Source: an uncultured delta proteobacterium
Lineage (GTDB): Bacteria; Desulfobacterota; BSN033; UBA1163
Assembly: GCA_963827685.1 (NCBI GenBank)
Contig: CAWHBU010000005.1
Location: 128,001-192,000, forward strand
Length of the DNA stretch: 64,000 nucleotides
Direction of reading: 5' to 3'
Position numbers and translations under genes: made by a program. The notes below the pieces were generated by a model, which saw only the letters and a program-made list of their open reading frames with translations, searched no databases and had not been told where the DNA came from. Shown piece by piece: positions 1 through 10,387 of this stretch (within the stretch, counting starts at the first letter, position 1; every line of letters starts with the position of its first letter).

Positions 1-189
1 TGGTGTTATTCTCCAATTCCAGAAGGCTTCTTGAGCTGCTCTGACTGTTCGATCAATTTCTTCCTTGGTTGTCTCAGGGATGAGGGCAATCACTTCATCC
101 TTCGCCGGGTTTCTCACCTCCAGCCATTGATTCGTTTTCGACTCCACCCATTGTCCATTGATGTAATTTTTTAGCTTTTTTACTTCCAT
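1..189 (-). CDS. Aldehyde dehydrogenase family protein, N-terminus only (runs off window); possibly CoA-acylating methylmalonate-semialdehyde dehydrogenase
   Basis: Manual translation MEVKKLKNYINGQWVESKTNQWLEVRNPAKDEVIALIP...AAQEAFWNWRITP is a typical ALDH N-terminus (YINGQW, V.NPA). Confidence 0.85.
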   Translation of the reverse strand, partial: MEVKKLKNYINGQWVESKTNQWLEVRNPAKDEVIALIPETTKEEIDRTVRAAQEAFWNWRITP

Positions 190-227
190 CTCCAATCCTT
201 TCTAAATTTATTGGATGTATAACCCAT

Positions 228-947
228 TTACATAGCTAGATACGCTTTTTTCACATGCTGGTTATTAAGAAGTTCGCTCCCTCTCCCCTCCAATACGATC
301 CTCCCGTTTTCAAGGACATAGGCTCGGTGGCTGATCTCAAGGGAGTAGTTGACATTCTGCTCCACCAAAAGAATAGTAACTCCTTTCCGGTTAATCTCTC
401 GAATGGCTTCGAAGGTCCGGGTGACCAACATGGGTTGAAGCCCTAAAGAAGGTTCATCCAGAAGAAGAAGGTCTGGTTTTGACATGAGCGCCCTTCCTAC
501 GGCCAACATCTGCCGTTCTCCTCCACTTAATGTCTTTGCCTTCTGAGATTCTCTCTCTTTCAGCCTTGGGAAAAGGGTATAGACCTCTTCTATGGTTTTT
601 TCTCGAACTTCCCTTGCCTTCTTGATATAAGATCCCATCTTCAAGTTATCGAGCACACTCATTTCGGGGAAAACCCTCGCCCCTTCCGGAACAATGGCAA
701 TTCCAAACTTTACCGTTTCCTCAGGGGAAAAACCATCCATCCTATTACCTCGATAAAAAATACCTGAATCCATTTGATCGGTTTTTTGGGGATGATTCAA
801 GTTGACAATCGTGTGGAGGAGGGTTGACTTGCCGGAACCATTGGGTCCTACTACAGTGACAATTTCCCCTTCATCGACTTTTAAAGAGACATCCCATAAA
901 ACTTGAACATCTCCATAAAACACTTTGATTTTATCTACACGAAGCAT
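228..947 (-). CDS. livF: LIV-type ABC transporter ATP-binding subunit (LivF-like)
   Basis: Walker A GPNGSGKST, LSGGERQM, LLLDEPS, C-terminal KAYL. Confidence 0.92.
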   Translation of the reverse strand: MLRVDKIKVFYGDVQVLWDVSLKVDEGEIVTVVGPNGSGKSTLLHTIVNLNHPQKTDQMDSGIFYRGNRMDGFSPEETVKFGIAIVPEGARVFPEMSVLDNLKMGSYIKKAREVREKTIEEVYTLFPRLKERESQKAKTLSGGERQMLAVGRALMSKPDLLLLDEPSLGLQPMLVTRTFEAIREINRKGVTILLVEQNVNYSLEISHRAYVLENGRIVLEGRGSELLNNQHVKKAYLAM

Positions 948-1663
948 ACTTTTTCACCTAAATAGGCCTCGATAACCTTTTCATTATTCGCTACCTCAGA
1001 AGGGGTCCCTTCGGCGATCTTTTCTCCGTAATTAAGAACAATGATCCGGTCTGATATCCCCATGACGACGCGCATAATATGTTCCACCACAATCAGGGTC
1101 TTGCCCTGATTTCGAATTTCTCTTAAAAGTTTCAGAACCTCTTCGATCTCCGTTGGATTCAGTCCTGCCATATTCTCGTCTAGGAGAATGATCTCTGCAC
1201 CTGTTGCGATGGCTCTCGCTAGTTCCAGCCGTCTTCGATCTGGTACAGTGATGGAACCGGAAGCCATCCCTTTCAAACCTCCAAGGCCAATGAACTCTAA
1301 AATCTCTTCTGCCTCCAGAGTTGCATGGCTAAAGGAAAGGTTCTTTCCATGAAGCCCGCCCACTAAGACATTTTCAAGAACACTCATCTGAGTAAAAGGC
1401 TGAACAATCTGCGAGGTCTTAGCTATTCCCATCCTGCAAATCCTGTGGGGTTTTAACCCTGAAATTGTTCTTCCTTTGAAAACCACTTCGCCTTTATCAG
1501 GTTTATAGACTCCCATGATCACATTGAAGAGAGTTGATTTCCCGGCTCCGTTTGGACCAATCATCCCTAAGATCTCTTCCTTTTCCACTGAGAAATCTAC
1601 GGAGTTGATGGCGGCGAGAGCCCCATAATATTTCGTTAAATTCCTTCCTTCAAGTATCGCCAT
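935..1663 (-). CDS. livG: LIV-type ABC transporter ATP-binding subunit (LivG-like)
   Basis: GPNGAGKST, VVEHIM, VIEAYLG. Confidence 0.92.
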   Translation of the reverse strand: MAILEGRNLTKYYGALAAINSVDFSVEKEEILGMIGPNGAGKSTLFNVIMGVYKPDKGEVVFKGRTISGLKPHRICRMGIAKTSQIVQPFTQMSVLENVLVGGLHGKNLSFSHATLEAEEILEFIGLGGLKGMASGSITVPDRRRLELARAIATGAEIILLDENMAGLNPTEIEEVLKLLREIRNQGKTLIVVEHIMRVVMGISDRIIVLNYGEKIAEGTPSEVANNEKVIEAYLGEKVCFV

Positions 1664-1680
1664 ATGAGTTTATAGAGAGT

Positions 1681-2646
1681 TTATTGCGTTAGTCGAGTTT
1701 TCTGAGTTACCAGTTTTGTCTGTAAGGTTCCTACAATCCCCTTTGGCATAAGAAGAACCACCACGACTACAATAAACCCGACAATGATTGCATAGGTGTA
1801 TGGAAAGTCCCTGTGTAGTAGTTCATAAATAATGGTCAGGAAGGAGGCTCCGACTACAGGACCGAACACAGTTCCAATTCCTCCCAACAGGGACATCACA
1901 ACCATCTGAATCGTGATGAGGACGTCAAAGACCATATGGGGTGTAATGTAAGTGAGCCAATAAGCCTCCACCCCTCCGATTAGACCCAAAAAGAACGCAC
2001 TGATCATATAGGCTTTGATTTTTGCCCTTAACGTATCTACACCCGAAAGTTCTGCGGCATGCTCTGCTTCATGAATGGCTCGAAGGGCATAGCCGAATTT
2101 GGATCGTCTAATCCAATAGGTGATTCCAATCACAGCAACCATGACCACAAAACCAATATAATAAAAGAATTCGTTTTTGGGACCGATCGGCAAGGTAATT
2201 CCATGGGGACCTTCAAAAAAATTAATTCCAACAGTCTTGTCGAATTCGAGGATGATCTGCTTCATCGCCTCGGCAAAGGCGAGAGTTGCAATCCCGAAAT
2301 AAGCTCCTCTTAATCGAAGAGTAGGCAAGCCGATGGGTAAGGCGATCAAGCCTGAAACGACGCCACTGATCAAAATCGAAAGCAAGAACGGGACATGTCC
2401 CTTCGACATGAGTATGGCCGTGACATAAGAACCGATTCCATAGTATCCCACTGCGCCAAAATCGATATAGCCCGTATATCCAGAGATGATGTTCCAACAA
2501 CCTGTCTTTCCAATCCAGAAAAAGATCATGGCGAGAAGCCGGATGAGATATCCTGAAACTCCAGCGAAGGGGACAAAGAGAAGTCCGATCGCAATCGCAA
2601 TAACAAGAGTGGTTGAGAATCTCTTTAACATCCCTTTATTCGACAA
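1681..2646 (-). CDS. livM: LIV-type ABC transporter permease (LivM-like)
   Basis: WNIISGYTG, LRLRGAYF..ATLAF, GG.GTVFGPVVGA motifs; hydrophobic. Confidence 0.9.
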   Translation of the reverse strand: MSNKGMLKRFSTTLVIAIAIGLLFVPFAGVSGYLIRLLAMIFFWIGKTGCWNIISGYTGYIDFGAVGYYGIGSYVTAILMSKGHVPFLLSILISGVVSGLIALPIGLPTLRLRGAYFGIATLAFAEAMKQIILEFDKTVGINFFEGPHGITLPIGPKNEFFYYIGFVVMVAVIGITYWIRRSKFGYALRAIHEAEHAAELSGVDTLRAKIKAYMISAFFLGLIGGVEAYWLTYITPHMVFDVLITIQMVVMSLLGGIGTVFGPVVGASFLTIIYELLHRDFPYTYAIIVGFIVVVVVLLMPKGIVGTLQTKLVTQKTRLTQ

Positions 2647-3505
2647 TCCCTTTTCCTACAATGCCGGTAGGCCGCACAATCAACATAATAAACAGAAGAA
2701 TGAATGTGAAGGCTCCGGAGATTCCAGCATTGAGATACGTGGCCGTAAGGGATTGGACCACCCCCAGAATCAATCCTCCCCAGAGGGCGCCTGGGATATA
2801 TCCCATTCCTCCTAAAACGACCACACAGAAGGCAATGATGGTGTAGGGAAGTCCCATCTGGGGAAAGATGATGAAGTAAGTAGAGATGAGAGATCCCGCG
2901 ACCCCCGTAATCGCCGCACCAATTCCAAAAGTGACCGCATAAATTCGATAGATGTTGACCCCCATCAGGCGGGCCACTTCCTTATCCTGGGCTGTCGCCT
3001 GAATAGCCCTTCCCACTTCGCTCTTATACAGAAGAATGTAGAGCCCGACCACTACAAAGAGGGCTAATCCGAAGGTCGCTAACCTGGCGTAAGGGACGAT
3101 TATTCCACCAATGTTCGCATTAAATCCTGAGTAGCTGGTCGTCACCGTTCTGAAATCGGCAGTCCAGACCCATAGGGCTGTATAGGAAATAATTAAATGG
3201 ATACCAAACGTGAGGATGTAGGAAATCATGGGAGGTGCCTCAACCACCCTGTTGATTACGAATCTCTGAACCAGATAACCGAAGATGAAAAGTGAGACAA
3301 TCGAGAAAGGGATGGTCAAAAATGGATCGATATGGAATAAAGTAAAAATCCAGTAGGTGAGGAAGGCTCCTAACATCACCATTTCACCATGGAAGATGTT
3401 GATCACCCCCATCACCCCGAAGATTAGTGAGAACCCGGCTGAATAGGAGGCATAGATTCCTCCGAGGAGGATTCCGTTAAGCAAAGATTGTAAAAATAGA
3501 AGCAT
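2636..3505 (-). CDS. livH: LIV-type ABC transporter permease (LivH-like)
   Basis: GFSLIFGVMGVINIFHGE, GRAIQATAQD, VVLGGMG. Confidence 0.92.
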   Translation of the reverse strand: MLLFLQSLLNGILLGGIYASYSAGFSLIFGVMGVINIFHGEMVMLGAFLTYWIFTLFHIDPFLTIPFSIVSLFIFGYLVQRFVINRVVEAPPMISYILTFGIHLIISYTALWVWTADFRTVTTSYSGFNANIGGIIVPYARLATFGLALFVVVGLYILLYKSEVGRAIQATAQDKEVARLMGVNIYRIYAVTFGIGAAITGVAGSLISTYFIIFPQMGLPYTIIAFCVVVLGGMGYIPGALWGGLILGVVQSLTATYLNAGISGAFTFILLFIMLIVRPTGIVGKGIVE

Positions 3506-3550
3506 CTCTTCTAAAACTTTCGTGTGCGATATTTAAACCCAAAAACGATT

Positions 3551-3581
3551 GTAGGGGCAGGTTAAGAGAACCCACCCCTAC
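3551..3581. repeat. GTAG-class REP-like palindrome
   Basis: GTAGGGGCAGGTTAAGAGAACCCACCCCTAC, imperfect palindrome between SBP and permease genes. Confidence 0.7.
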
Positions 3582-3599
3582 TTCGTTCCTCACGATCCT

Positions 3600-4826
3600 T
3601 TATCTCTCTTTCCACGGCTTCATGGGATACCATGGAGCTGCCTCTGCTGCGTTTTTAGGAAAGACATTGACCAGCTTCCCATTTTGAATTTGAACTACAA
3701 CAGGAGGATGCGCCTCATTGGCACCGTCGGGACCAAATTTGACGACTCCGTAGAAGGTCATCAAACTCTGCTTATGAAGTTCCTCCATCAACCTAACCCG
3801 ATCCTCTTCTTTCACGGGAGGCGTAATCCCCAATTTTTCAATAGCTATCTGCATCGCATAGGCGCCTGCTGCTGAGGCGGCTTCGACATAGTCAGGGTAA
3901 CGTCCACACTTTTTGAAGTAGTTTTCATTAAATTGTCTGGCTGTGCCAAAAAGCGAATCCTTATAGGGCAAGTTGGGAGCCCATTCAGATGCGGCGAGAA
4001 CAAACTCCGCATCTCTTCCTAAATTCTTGACAAAGTCGGGGACCGTTGGACCATAGCTGAAAGTCACCATCTTGGGCGTAAAATCAATCTCCTTCATCGC
4101 CTTAATCGTCTTCATAGCCACCATCAGGTGAGATCCAACAAACAGAATATCCGGGTTTTTCTGCTTTACCTTAAGAAGCATGGAATTGTAATCTTGAAGG
4201 GTTATTGGAAAAAGTTCGTTGAGAACGATCTCAATTCCGTTTTGAGCAGCATATTTTTTATATCCTTCGCAAGCCAAGGAGGTAAAAAGAATATCCGATC
4301 CAATGATGGCCCCCGTCTTGGGTTTAGGGGAGAGAATCTGAACGAGGTCCACACATCCTCGGACCTCCTCCGTTGCTTTTCCTATAGTAGAAAAATAGTA
4401 TTTAAACCCTCGCTCGAAGAGTTTGTTCGAACTGGCCGCACCGCTGATTAAAGGATACTTATATTTCTCTGCCACAGCGCTGCCTGCAAAGACGGAATCG
4501 CTTCCGAACCCACCCAGGATCAAATCGACTTTATCTTCCGTGATCAGCTTTTCCGTAAACTTGGCATTTTCTGCTGCAGTCGATTTGTCATCGATGACGG
4601 TCAGTTCAACAGGATATTTTTTCCCTTTGACCTCGATTCCCCCTTTTGAATTGACAAGCTCAGCCCAGAAATTGTAGGCATCTTTCACCAAGTTTCCATC
4701 TCTTCCAAACGTTCCTGTCAGCGGGTCAGCATATCCAATCCTAAATTTCTGTTGGGCTGAACCGATTCCAGAACTCAAAACGATTACCAGGCCTACGATG
4801 ATAACTCCGAGACATAACTTCCGCAT
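3600..4826 (-). CDS. LIV-type ABC transporter periplasmic substrate-binding protein
   Basis: Signal peptide, PLTG, DDKST, ITEDKVDLILG; position in operon. Confidence 0.92.
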   Translation of the reverse strand: MRKLCLGVIIVGLVIVLSSGIGSAQQKFRIGYADPLTGTFGRDGNLVKDAYNFWAELVNSKGGIEVKGKKYPVELTVIDDKSTAAENAKFTEKLITEDKVDLILGGFGSDSVFAGSAVAEKYKYPLISGAASSNKLFERGFKYYFSTIGKATEEVRGCVDLVQILSPKPKTGAIIGSDILFTSLACEGYKKYAAQNGIEIVLNELFPITLQDYNSMLLKVKQKNPDILFVGSHLMVAMKTIKAMKEIDFTPKMVTFSYGPTVPDFVKNLGRDAEFVLAASEWAPNLPYKDSLFGTARQFNENYFKKCGRYPDYVEAASAAGAYAMQIAIEKLGITPPVKEEDRVRLMEELHKQSLMTFYGVVKFGPDGANEAHPPVVVQIQNGKLVNVFPKNAAEAAPWYPMKPWKER

Positions 4827-4917
4827 AAAATCCCTCCTTTCTAAAGAATCATGATATGGTTTGATTCAGTTGGATTTGTTGATTCTTCACCTCCCTTCAC
4901 TGTTTTTTTCCCTTTTT

Positions 4918-5466
4918 TCAAAAAGTAGGTGGACTCACCACCCATATCACGACCGCCCTCTTTTTGCCAGAGTTCGACCAGCTATGAGGCTCTTGGGATG
5001 AAAAATAAAAACTTTCGTTCTTTTTCACTCGATAGGGTTTCCCATTCAAATTGATCTCCAGTTCTCCCTGCAGGACAATCCCAAATTCTTCTCCGATATG
5101 GGAATAAGGCCCTTTTGATCCACCCCTGGGCTCAATCGTGGTATAAAAGGGCTGCATCCGTTTATTCTGGATACTCCGGACAAGCATCTGAATCTTTGCA
5201 TCCCCACGTTTAAAGCGAATGTTTACCCTCTCCCCTTCTTTGCAGACCACATCGTTCTCCTCGGTCTCTGGCTCGAGGAAAAAATCAACCACCTTCACCT
5301 GAAGGGCGGAGGCAATCTTTTTTAGAATCATGATAGAAGGGTTTGCGCGCCCCCGTTCCAGTTGGGAGAGGAAGGCGTCTGTGCAACCAGCCTTGCTGGC
5401 CAGTTGTTTGAGGGTCATTCGGTTTGCCAAGCGGAAGACTTTGAGTTTTTCGGCAATCTCTTTCAT
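4918..5466 (-). CDS. XRE-family HTH + cupin transcriptional regulator (copy 1)
   Basis: MTLKQLA...FLSQLERGRANPS HTH; H.GEE...GE cupin. Confidence 0.93.
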   Translation of the reverse strand: MKEIAEKLKVFRLANRMTLKQLASKAGCTDAFLSQLERGRANPSIMILKKIASALQVKVVDFFLEPETEENDVVCKEGERVNIRFKRGDAKIQMLVRSIQNKRMQPFYTTIEPRGGSKGPYSHIGEEFGIVLQGELEINLNGKPYRVKKNESFYFSSQEPHSWSNSGKKRAVVIWVVSPPTF

Positions 5467-5476
5467 CGGCGAGAAA

Positions 5477-5529
5477 TTAAATATAATTTAACCTAATTAA
5501 CAAATACTTAATACCCAAAAATTTGTCAA
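5477..5529 (-). promoter_or_regulatory. Putative promoter/operator of XRE-cupin gene
   Basis: TTGACA on minus strand at 5529-5524; two TTAA-N7-TTAA boxes (5477-5491, 5497-5511); conserved in copy 2; -10 is weak. Confidence 0.55.
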
Positions 5530-5700
5530 GAAAAAACTTCAAGAGTTTTTCAAACCAACCATTGTTTCGTTCTCGATTCCACCAACTCTCCACTGATGTA
5601 ATTTGTGAGCTTCTCAATACCCATTGCAAACTCCTTTCTCGAATATATGTTTAACCGTCTTACTTCTTTTCATTTAGATGATCCAAGAACCGTAATGATG

Positions 5701-7050
5701 TTATCCGTTGCAAACAATATTCCGGCATCTTGTCTCTTTGATTAGCAAAGCCGCTCCGAGGCCGATCAATGTGGTAAAAAAACAAACCAAAAAAGCGGTG
5801 CGGTAGGCGTCCAAAGAATAGAATCGGACACCGTTAACCAAGGTGTTGTCCCATTTCAAATCAAGAATCTTGCCCAACAGAACCTGTAGGATGGCACTTC
5901 CAAGAAAACCACCTGTATTCACGGTTCCCATGGCAATTCCTGATACACTTGGTGGATTGATCTCTTTCGAACAGACCATGGTTAAAATAAAGCCAGAGCT
6001 TGAAAAACCCATCAAAAAACAGAGTGGGTACATAAGGGAGAGAGGAGGCTTACCGTGATTAACGAAACAGAGCATTCCCCAAATCATAGAATAAACCAGC
6101 ATGCAAAGGACATACGGTAATTTTCTTCTCACAAGAATTTTATCAGACAATTGTCCTGTAAATGGACAACCCAAAATCAATCCCAATGAAACAGCGATCA
6201 TGTAATTCGCGGCTCCGGGGGCTGACAAGCCATAGATTTGAGTTAGAAAAGGAATCCCCCAGAGGCCCGAAAAGGCCATCAAAGTCGAGTAGAAAGAGAA
6301 AAACCCAAAGAAGGGGGGCCAGGTATAGGGATTTTTTATTACAGATTTAACCCCTAACCAAATTCTCGGTTCCAGGAGCTCTCGATTCGTATCGTGATAT
6401 GCACCCTCGCTTTTATTCTCCAATGCTGGAAGTCCGCAATCTGCGGGGCGGTTTCTAACAACCCACCAACAATTCAAGGTCATAAGGATCGAAACTAGGC
6501 CGATCATCTCAAAACTGACACGCCAGCTTAATGCCTCCGACAGCAGGGCAAGTGGTGTGGCGGCCAAAAGCCCGCCAATCCCGCCAATGGTAGTAGTTAA
6601 CCCAGTGATGAAACCTAATTCATTAGGCCGAAACCATTCCACACATGTGCGCACGATATTCACCATGATAACAGAAACACCTAGCCCTACAAGAAATCGC
6701 CCTACATAACAGACAATCAACGAGGGTGCCGCACCGAAAATAATGGTACCGATTCCCATAATGATACCACCAATGGTGATGGTCAGCCTGGGTCCTATGG
6801 TGTCGGATAGGATCCCTGCTGGAATTTGCATCGCTGCATAGGTATAAAAATAAACGGAAGATAGGACACCCAATAGAACACCACTTGTTTGAAATGCACG
6901 CATCAAGTCCTCAGCGATGACTGCTGGCGCGACACGATGAAAATACCCCACGATATAGACTAAGATCAGGGAGACCCAGATGAACCATCTTTTTCTCAAA
7001 GTTTTTTCTATTCCAGTGATGTTCATATGTAAGGTGAGGAGGGTCTGCAT
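5701..7050 (-). CDS. MFS transporter
   Basis: G.LSD.IGPR loop motif, ~12 TM segments; true start may be slightly downstream. Confidence 0.9.
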   Translation of the reverse strand: MQTLLTLHMNITGIEKTLRKRWFIWVSLILVYIVGYFHRVAPAVIAEDLMRAFQTSGVLLGVLSSVYFYTYAAMQIPAGILSDTIGPRLTITIGGIIMGIGTIIFGAAPSLIVCYVGRFLVGLGVSVIMVNIVRTCVEWFRPNELGFITGLTTTIGGIGGLLAATPLALLSEALSWRVSFEMIGLVSILMTLNCWWVVRNRPADCGLPALENKSEGAYHDTNRELLEPRIWLGVKSVIKNPYTWPPFFGFFSFYSTLMAFSGLWGIPFLTQIYGLSAPGAANYMIAVSLGLILGCPFTGQLSDKILVRRKLPYVLCMLVYSMIWGMLCFVNHGKPPLSLMYPLCFLMGFSSSGFILTMVCSKEINPPSVSGIAMGTVNTGGFLGSAILQVLLGKILDLKWDNTLVNGVRFYSLDAYRTAFLVCFFTTLIGLGAALLIKETRCRNIVCNG

Positions 7051-7135
7051 TTCTAATAAGAGAATCGGTTTGAAATGAAAACGGTGTCTCTGGGGTCAGA
7101 ACTGTCGAAGGGGCAAGGGCAAGCCCCCCTTATAA

Positions 7136-7921
7136 CTACGGGTTTGTTTTCTTTGAGCCTTTAGTTTTCTTAATGAACATCCTCATCTTTTCATGAAAAT
7201 CAATGAACGTTGAGCTGTAAGCATTACTCAAGGATTCGAGGTAGGTAAAAGGGATTCCTGGCATATCTAAGCTGTGGTTTGTAAGAAATTTTGCCAGTTC
7301 CATAGCCACTGGATTTTTTTCAGCCAGTTCCTTGGCCATGTTTTTCGCCTCATCCAACAGCTGGTTCCTCGGAACCACTTTAGTCAATAATCCCATCTGA
7401 AAGGCTGCCTTGGCATCGATGATCCTACCAAGAAGGGTAAGTTCTTTAGTTTTTGCAAGACCGATCAGCCTCGGAAGTCGCCAGGCACTACCCCACCCTC
7501 CAGGGAAATTCAAATTGACTTCAGGAAGTCCTACCTTAATATCATCAGCAGCAATTCTAAAATCACAGGCCAGGGCTAAATCGAGTCCACCACCAATCGC
7601 GTGGCCATTGATCACAGCGACCACCGGCTGACGGAGCCTCTCGATGGCCTCCATGACATGGTGTCCGAGCAGGGAATGGATGCGGAAGAATGATGGTTCC
7701 TTATCCAGCATCTCATCGATGTCAGACCCTGCACAAAAAGCCTTCTGGCCAATTCCGGTGATGATCAGGGACCTCATATCCTTTAAATTTCCTACGTCAT
7801 TGATGACCTGCCTAAATTCCACCAATGAATCATCATTCAACGCATTGGTCAGTTCGGGACGGTTTATAGTAATGTTTCCCACCGAGTCGTCTTGTTCGAA
7901 AAGAAAATATTTGTATTGCAT
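7136..7921 (-). CDS. Enoyl-CoA hydratase/isomerase (crotonase) family
   Basis: AFCAGSDI, NGHAIGGG.DLALACDFRIA, GLPEV; start taken at ATG 7921 with SD. Confidence 0.9.
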   Translation of the reverse strand: MQYKYFLFEQDDSVGNITINRPELTNALNDDSLVEFRQVINDVGNLKDMRSLIITGIGQKAFCAGSDIDEMLDKEPSFFRIHSLLGHHVMEAIERLRQPVVAVINGHAIGGGLDLALACDFRIAADDIKVGLPEVNLNFPGGWGSAWRLPRLIGLAKTKELTLLGRIIDAKAAFQMGLLTKVVPRNQLLDEAKNMAKELAEKNPVAMELAKFLTNHSLDMPGIPFTYLESLSNAYSSTFIDFHEKMRMFIKKTKGSKKTNP

Positions 7922-7941
7922 CTTTCTCCCCCAGAGGAGCA

Positions 7942-9100
7942 TCACCAAGCTTTTAAATCCAACAGGTGGAGCGCAATGAGCCCTCTTTGAATTTCATTGG
8001 TACCATCAAAAATCTGCAATATCTTTACGTCTCTAAAGATCCGTTCTACGGCATAGCCTCTGATATATCCGTACCCTCCAAAAATTTGCACCGCATTGGT
8101 GGCATGCTTCATGGCCACATCAGTAGCAAACAGTTTAGCCATCGAAGCTTCAAAGGTGCACCTCCTACCCGTTTTGAGGGATTCGTCTCGTAGATTGGCT
8201 GCCCAATAGACCAATAAACGGGCTGCCTCCAATTCAGTCGCCATGTCGGCAATCATGGCTTGGATCATTTGATAGGCACCAATCGGTTTTCCAAAAGCGT
8301 ATCTTTCCCTTGAATAGGAAACCGAATTTTCCAAGGCTCCCCTAGAGCCTCCTAAGGCCATCCCTGCGCACTCCAATCGCGTCCCATCTAATGCACTCAT
8401 TGCAATCTTGAAACCACCTCCTTCCCTCCCAAGGAGACAAGAGGCGGAAACAATGCAATTTTCAAAAATGACATCGGATACAGGCACCCCCTTCTGTCCC
8501 ATCTTTTTCTCTTTGGCTCCGATAGTGATCCCAGGCGTGTCAACATCCATCACAAAGGTGCTGATGCCTTTGGCACCCGCAGTCTTCTCAGTTTTGAAAA
8601 AAACGATAAGGTTTCGAAGCAACTGGAGCCATGGTACCGAATGTCTTAATCCCATTCAGAACATATTTGTCTCCCTCTTTGACCGCACTGGCCTTGATCG
8701 CAGCTGCATCCGAACCCGCATGAGATTCCGAGAGACAGAAAGCGCTGACTTTTCCCTCAACCAAAGGACGTAAATACTTTTCTTTTTGGTATTCTGTACC
8801 AAAGAGATCGAGTGTTTTCAAACAGAGGCGCTGATCACTGATGATGTCCGCAACACCAATCGAAACCCTTCCCACTTCCTCCGTAGCAATGAGTTGGGAA
8901 ATGGTATCCAACTCTCCCCCCCCATATTTCTCTGTCACACCGGCAGCGATCAAACCCATTCCAGCCATCTGACGGTGGAGGTCCCATGGAAACTCATCTT
9001 GTTCATCAATTTCAACCGCTCGAGGAACCACCTGCTGATCAGTAAACCTTTTAACCGTCTCTTTGATCTGCTTCTGTTCCTCTGTGTAATTAAAATCCAT
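7942..9100 (-). pseudogene. Acyl-CoA dehydrogenase split by a +1 frameshift near 8600-8620
   Basis: N-half (FCLSESHAGSD, LNGIKTF) and C-half (EKKMGQKG, QIFGGYGY, IFDGTNEIQR) lie in different frames; deleting one base gives APVASNLIVFFKTEK. Confidence 0.85.
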
Positions 9101-9124
9101 CTTCCAGCCCCTTTCTCCTACGGA

Positions 9125-10312
9125 TCAAACAACTCCCTCTTTTTCGAGTGCTCGAATCTCCTCCTTTGGATAACCAAGTAAGCTTCCGAAGATCTCCTCA
9201 TTGTGCTGACCCAACTTCGGCGGATTGGAATGAATTTGCCCTGGACTCAACGATAATTTGGGGAGAATCCCGATGACATTGAAGGAACCCAGCCCTTCAT
9301 AGGACACCTTCTGGGTCAGGTTCCGTTCCGTGAATTGAGGGTCTTTGACCATCTGATCAATGGAATAAACGGGAGCACAGGGAACATCCGATTTCCTTAA
9401 AATCTGAATTGACTCTTCAACAGTTCTGCTATCTAACCAAGCCTGAAGAATTTTATCCACTTCATCCTCGTTCTCAACCCTTTTCAGATTCGTTCCAAAC
9501 TGAGGAGATTCGGCAAGCTCTTTTCTGCCGATGGCGCTCGCCAGCCTCTTCCATTGTTCGTCATTTCCTACCGCAATGACAAGATAACCATCCTTCACCT
9601 GGTAACAATTGTACGGCGTAATGGTTCGGACGCGGCTCCCAACCCTTTTTGCAACGATTCCCAGCAAATCAAAATTAGTGATGACATTTTCGAGGCTTGC
9701 AGCCACGCTGTCAAAGATAGAAGCATCCACATACTGTCCCTCTCCGGTTTTTTCGCGGTAATAAAGGGCAACCATGGTTCCATAAAGGGCGTATAATGCC
9801 GCAAGAATATCACCCAATCCGGGACCTGTTCTCACTGGAGGGCCATCTGGAAAACCGGTCAGATCCATCATCCCCCCCATGGCCTGGGCAATAATCTCAT
9901 AGGCCGGCAAGGGCGCATAGGGGCCGGTCTGCCCGAACCCCGCGACCGAGGTAAATATAATATCTGGTTTGATTTTCTTTAGAGTGGAATACCCTATCCC
10001 CAATTTGTCCATCATGCCGACTCTATTGTTCTCAATCACGACATCTGATTTCTTAGCGAGGTCGTAAAAGATTTCAACCCCCTTTCTTGATTTTAGATTA
10101 AGGGTAATGCTCTTTTTGTTACGATTGAAAGCCAAAAAGAAGGTGCCTATTCCTTTGAGTTGAGGCGACCAATACCGACACTCATCACCGATCCGAGGGA
10201 CCTCGATCTTAATCACCTCGGCTCCCATATCTGCTAAAAGCATTCCGACTTGGGGACCGGCTAAAGCTTTTGCCACTTCAAGTACTCTAATATTTTTCAG
10301 TGGTTCAGCCAT
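9125..10312 (-). CDS. Family III (CaiB/BaiF) CoA-transferase
   Basis: LAGP...LADMGAEVIKIE, NRNKKS, DVVIEN, P.LGQHN. Confidence 0.93.
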   Translation of the reverse strand: MAEPLKNIRVLEVAKALAGPQVGMLLADMGAEVIKIEVPRIGDECRYWSPQLKGIGTFFLAFNRNKKSITLNLKSRKGVEIFYDLAKKSDVVIENNRVGMMDKLGIGYSTLKKIKPDIIFTSVAGFGQTGPYAPLPAYEIIAQAMGGMMDLTGFPDGPPVRTGPGLGDILAALYALYGTMVALYYREKTGEGQYVDASIFDSVAASLENVITNFDLLGIVAKRVGSRVRTITPYNCYQVKDGYLVIAVGNDEQWKRLASAIGRKELAESPQFGTNLKRVENEDEVDKILQAWLDSRTVEESIQILRKSDVPCAPVYSIDQMVKDPQFTERNLTQKVSYEGLGSFNVIGILPKLSLSPGQIHSNPPKLGQHNEEIFGSLLGYPKEEIRALEKEGVV

Positions 10313-10387
10313 CTCCCTCTTTTGGTTCCTCCTCACCTGTTCTCTATTCGTTTTCTATCTCTAAATATGAAACCTTTCTCTTCAAGG

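Larger units (their letters stand above)
4918..5530. repeat. ~613-bp direct repeat, copy 1 (regulator plus upstream region)
   Basis: Matches 15025-15637 almost base for base (offset 10107). Confidence 0.95.

Noticed and set aside
7107-7131. AGGGGCAAGGGCAAGCCCCCCTT REP-like remnant
   Set aside because: Too degenerate to assign confidently
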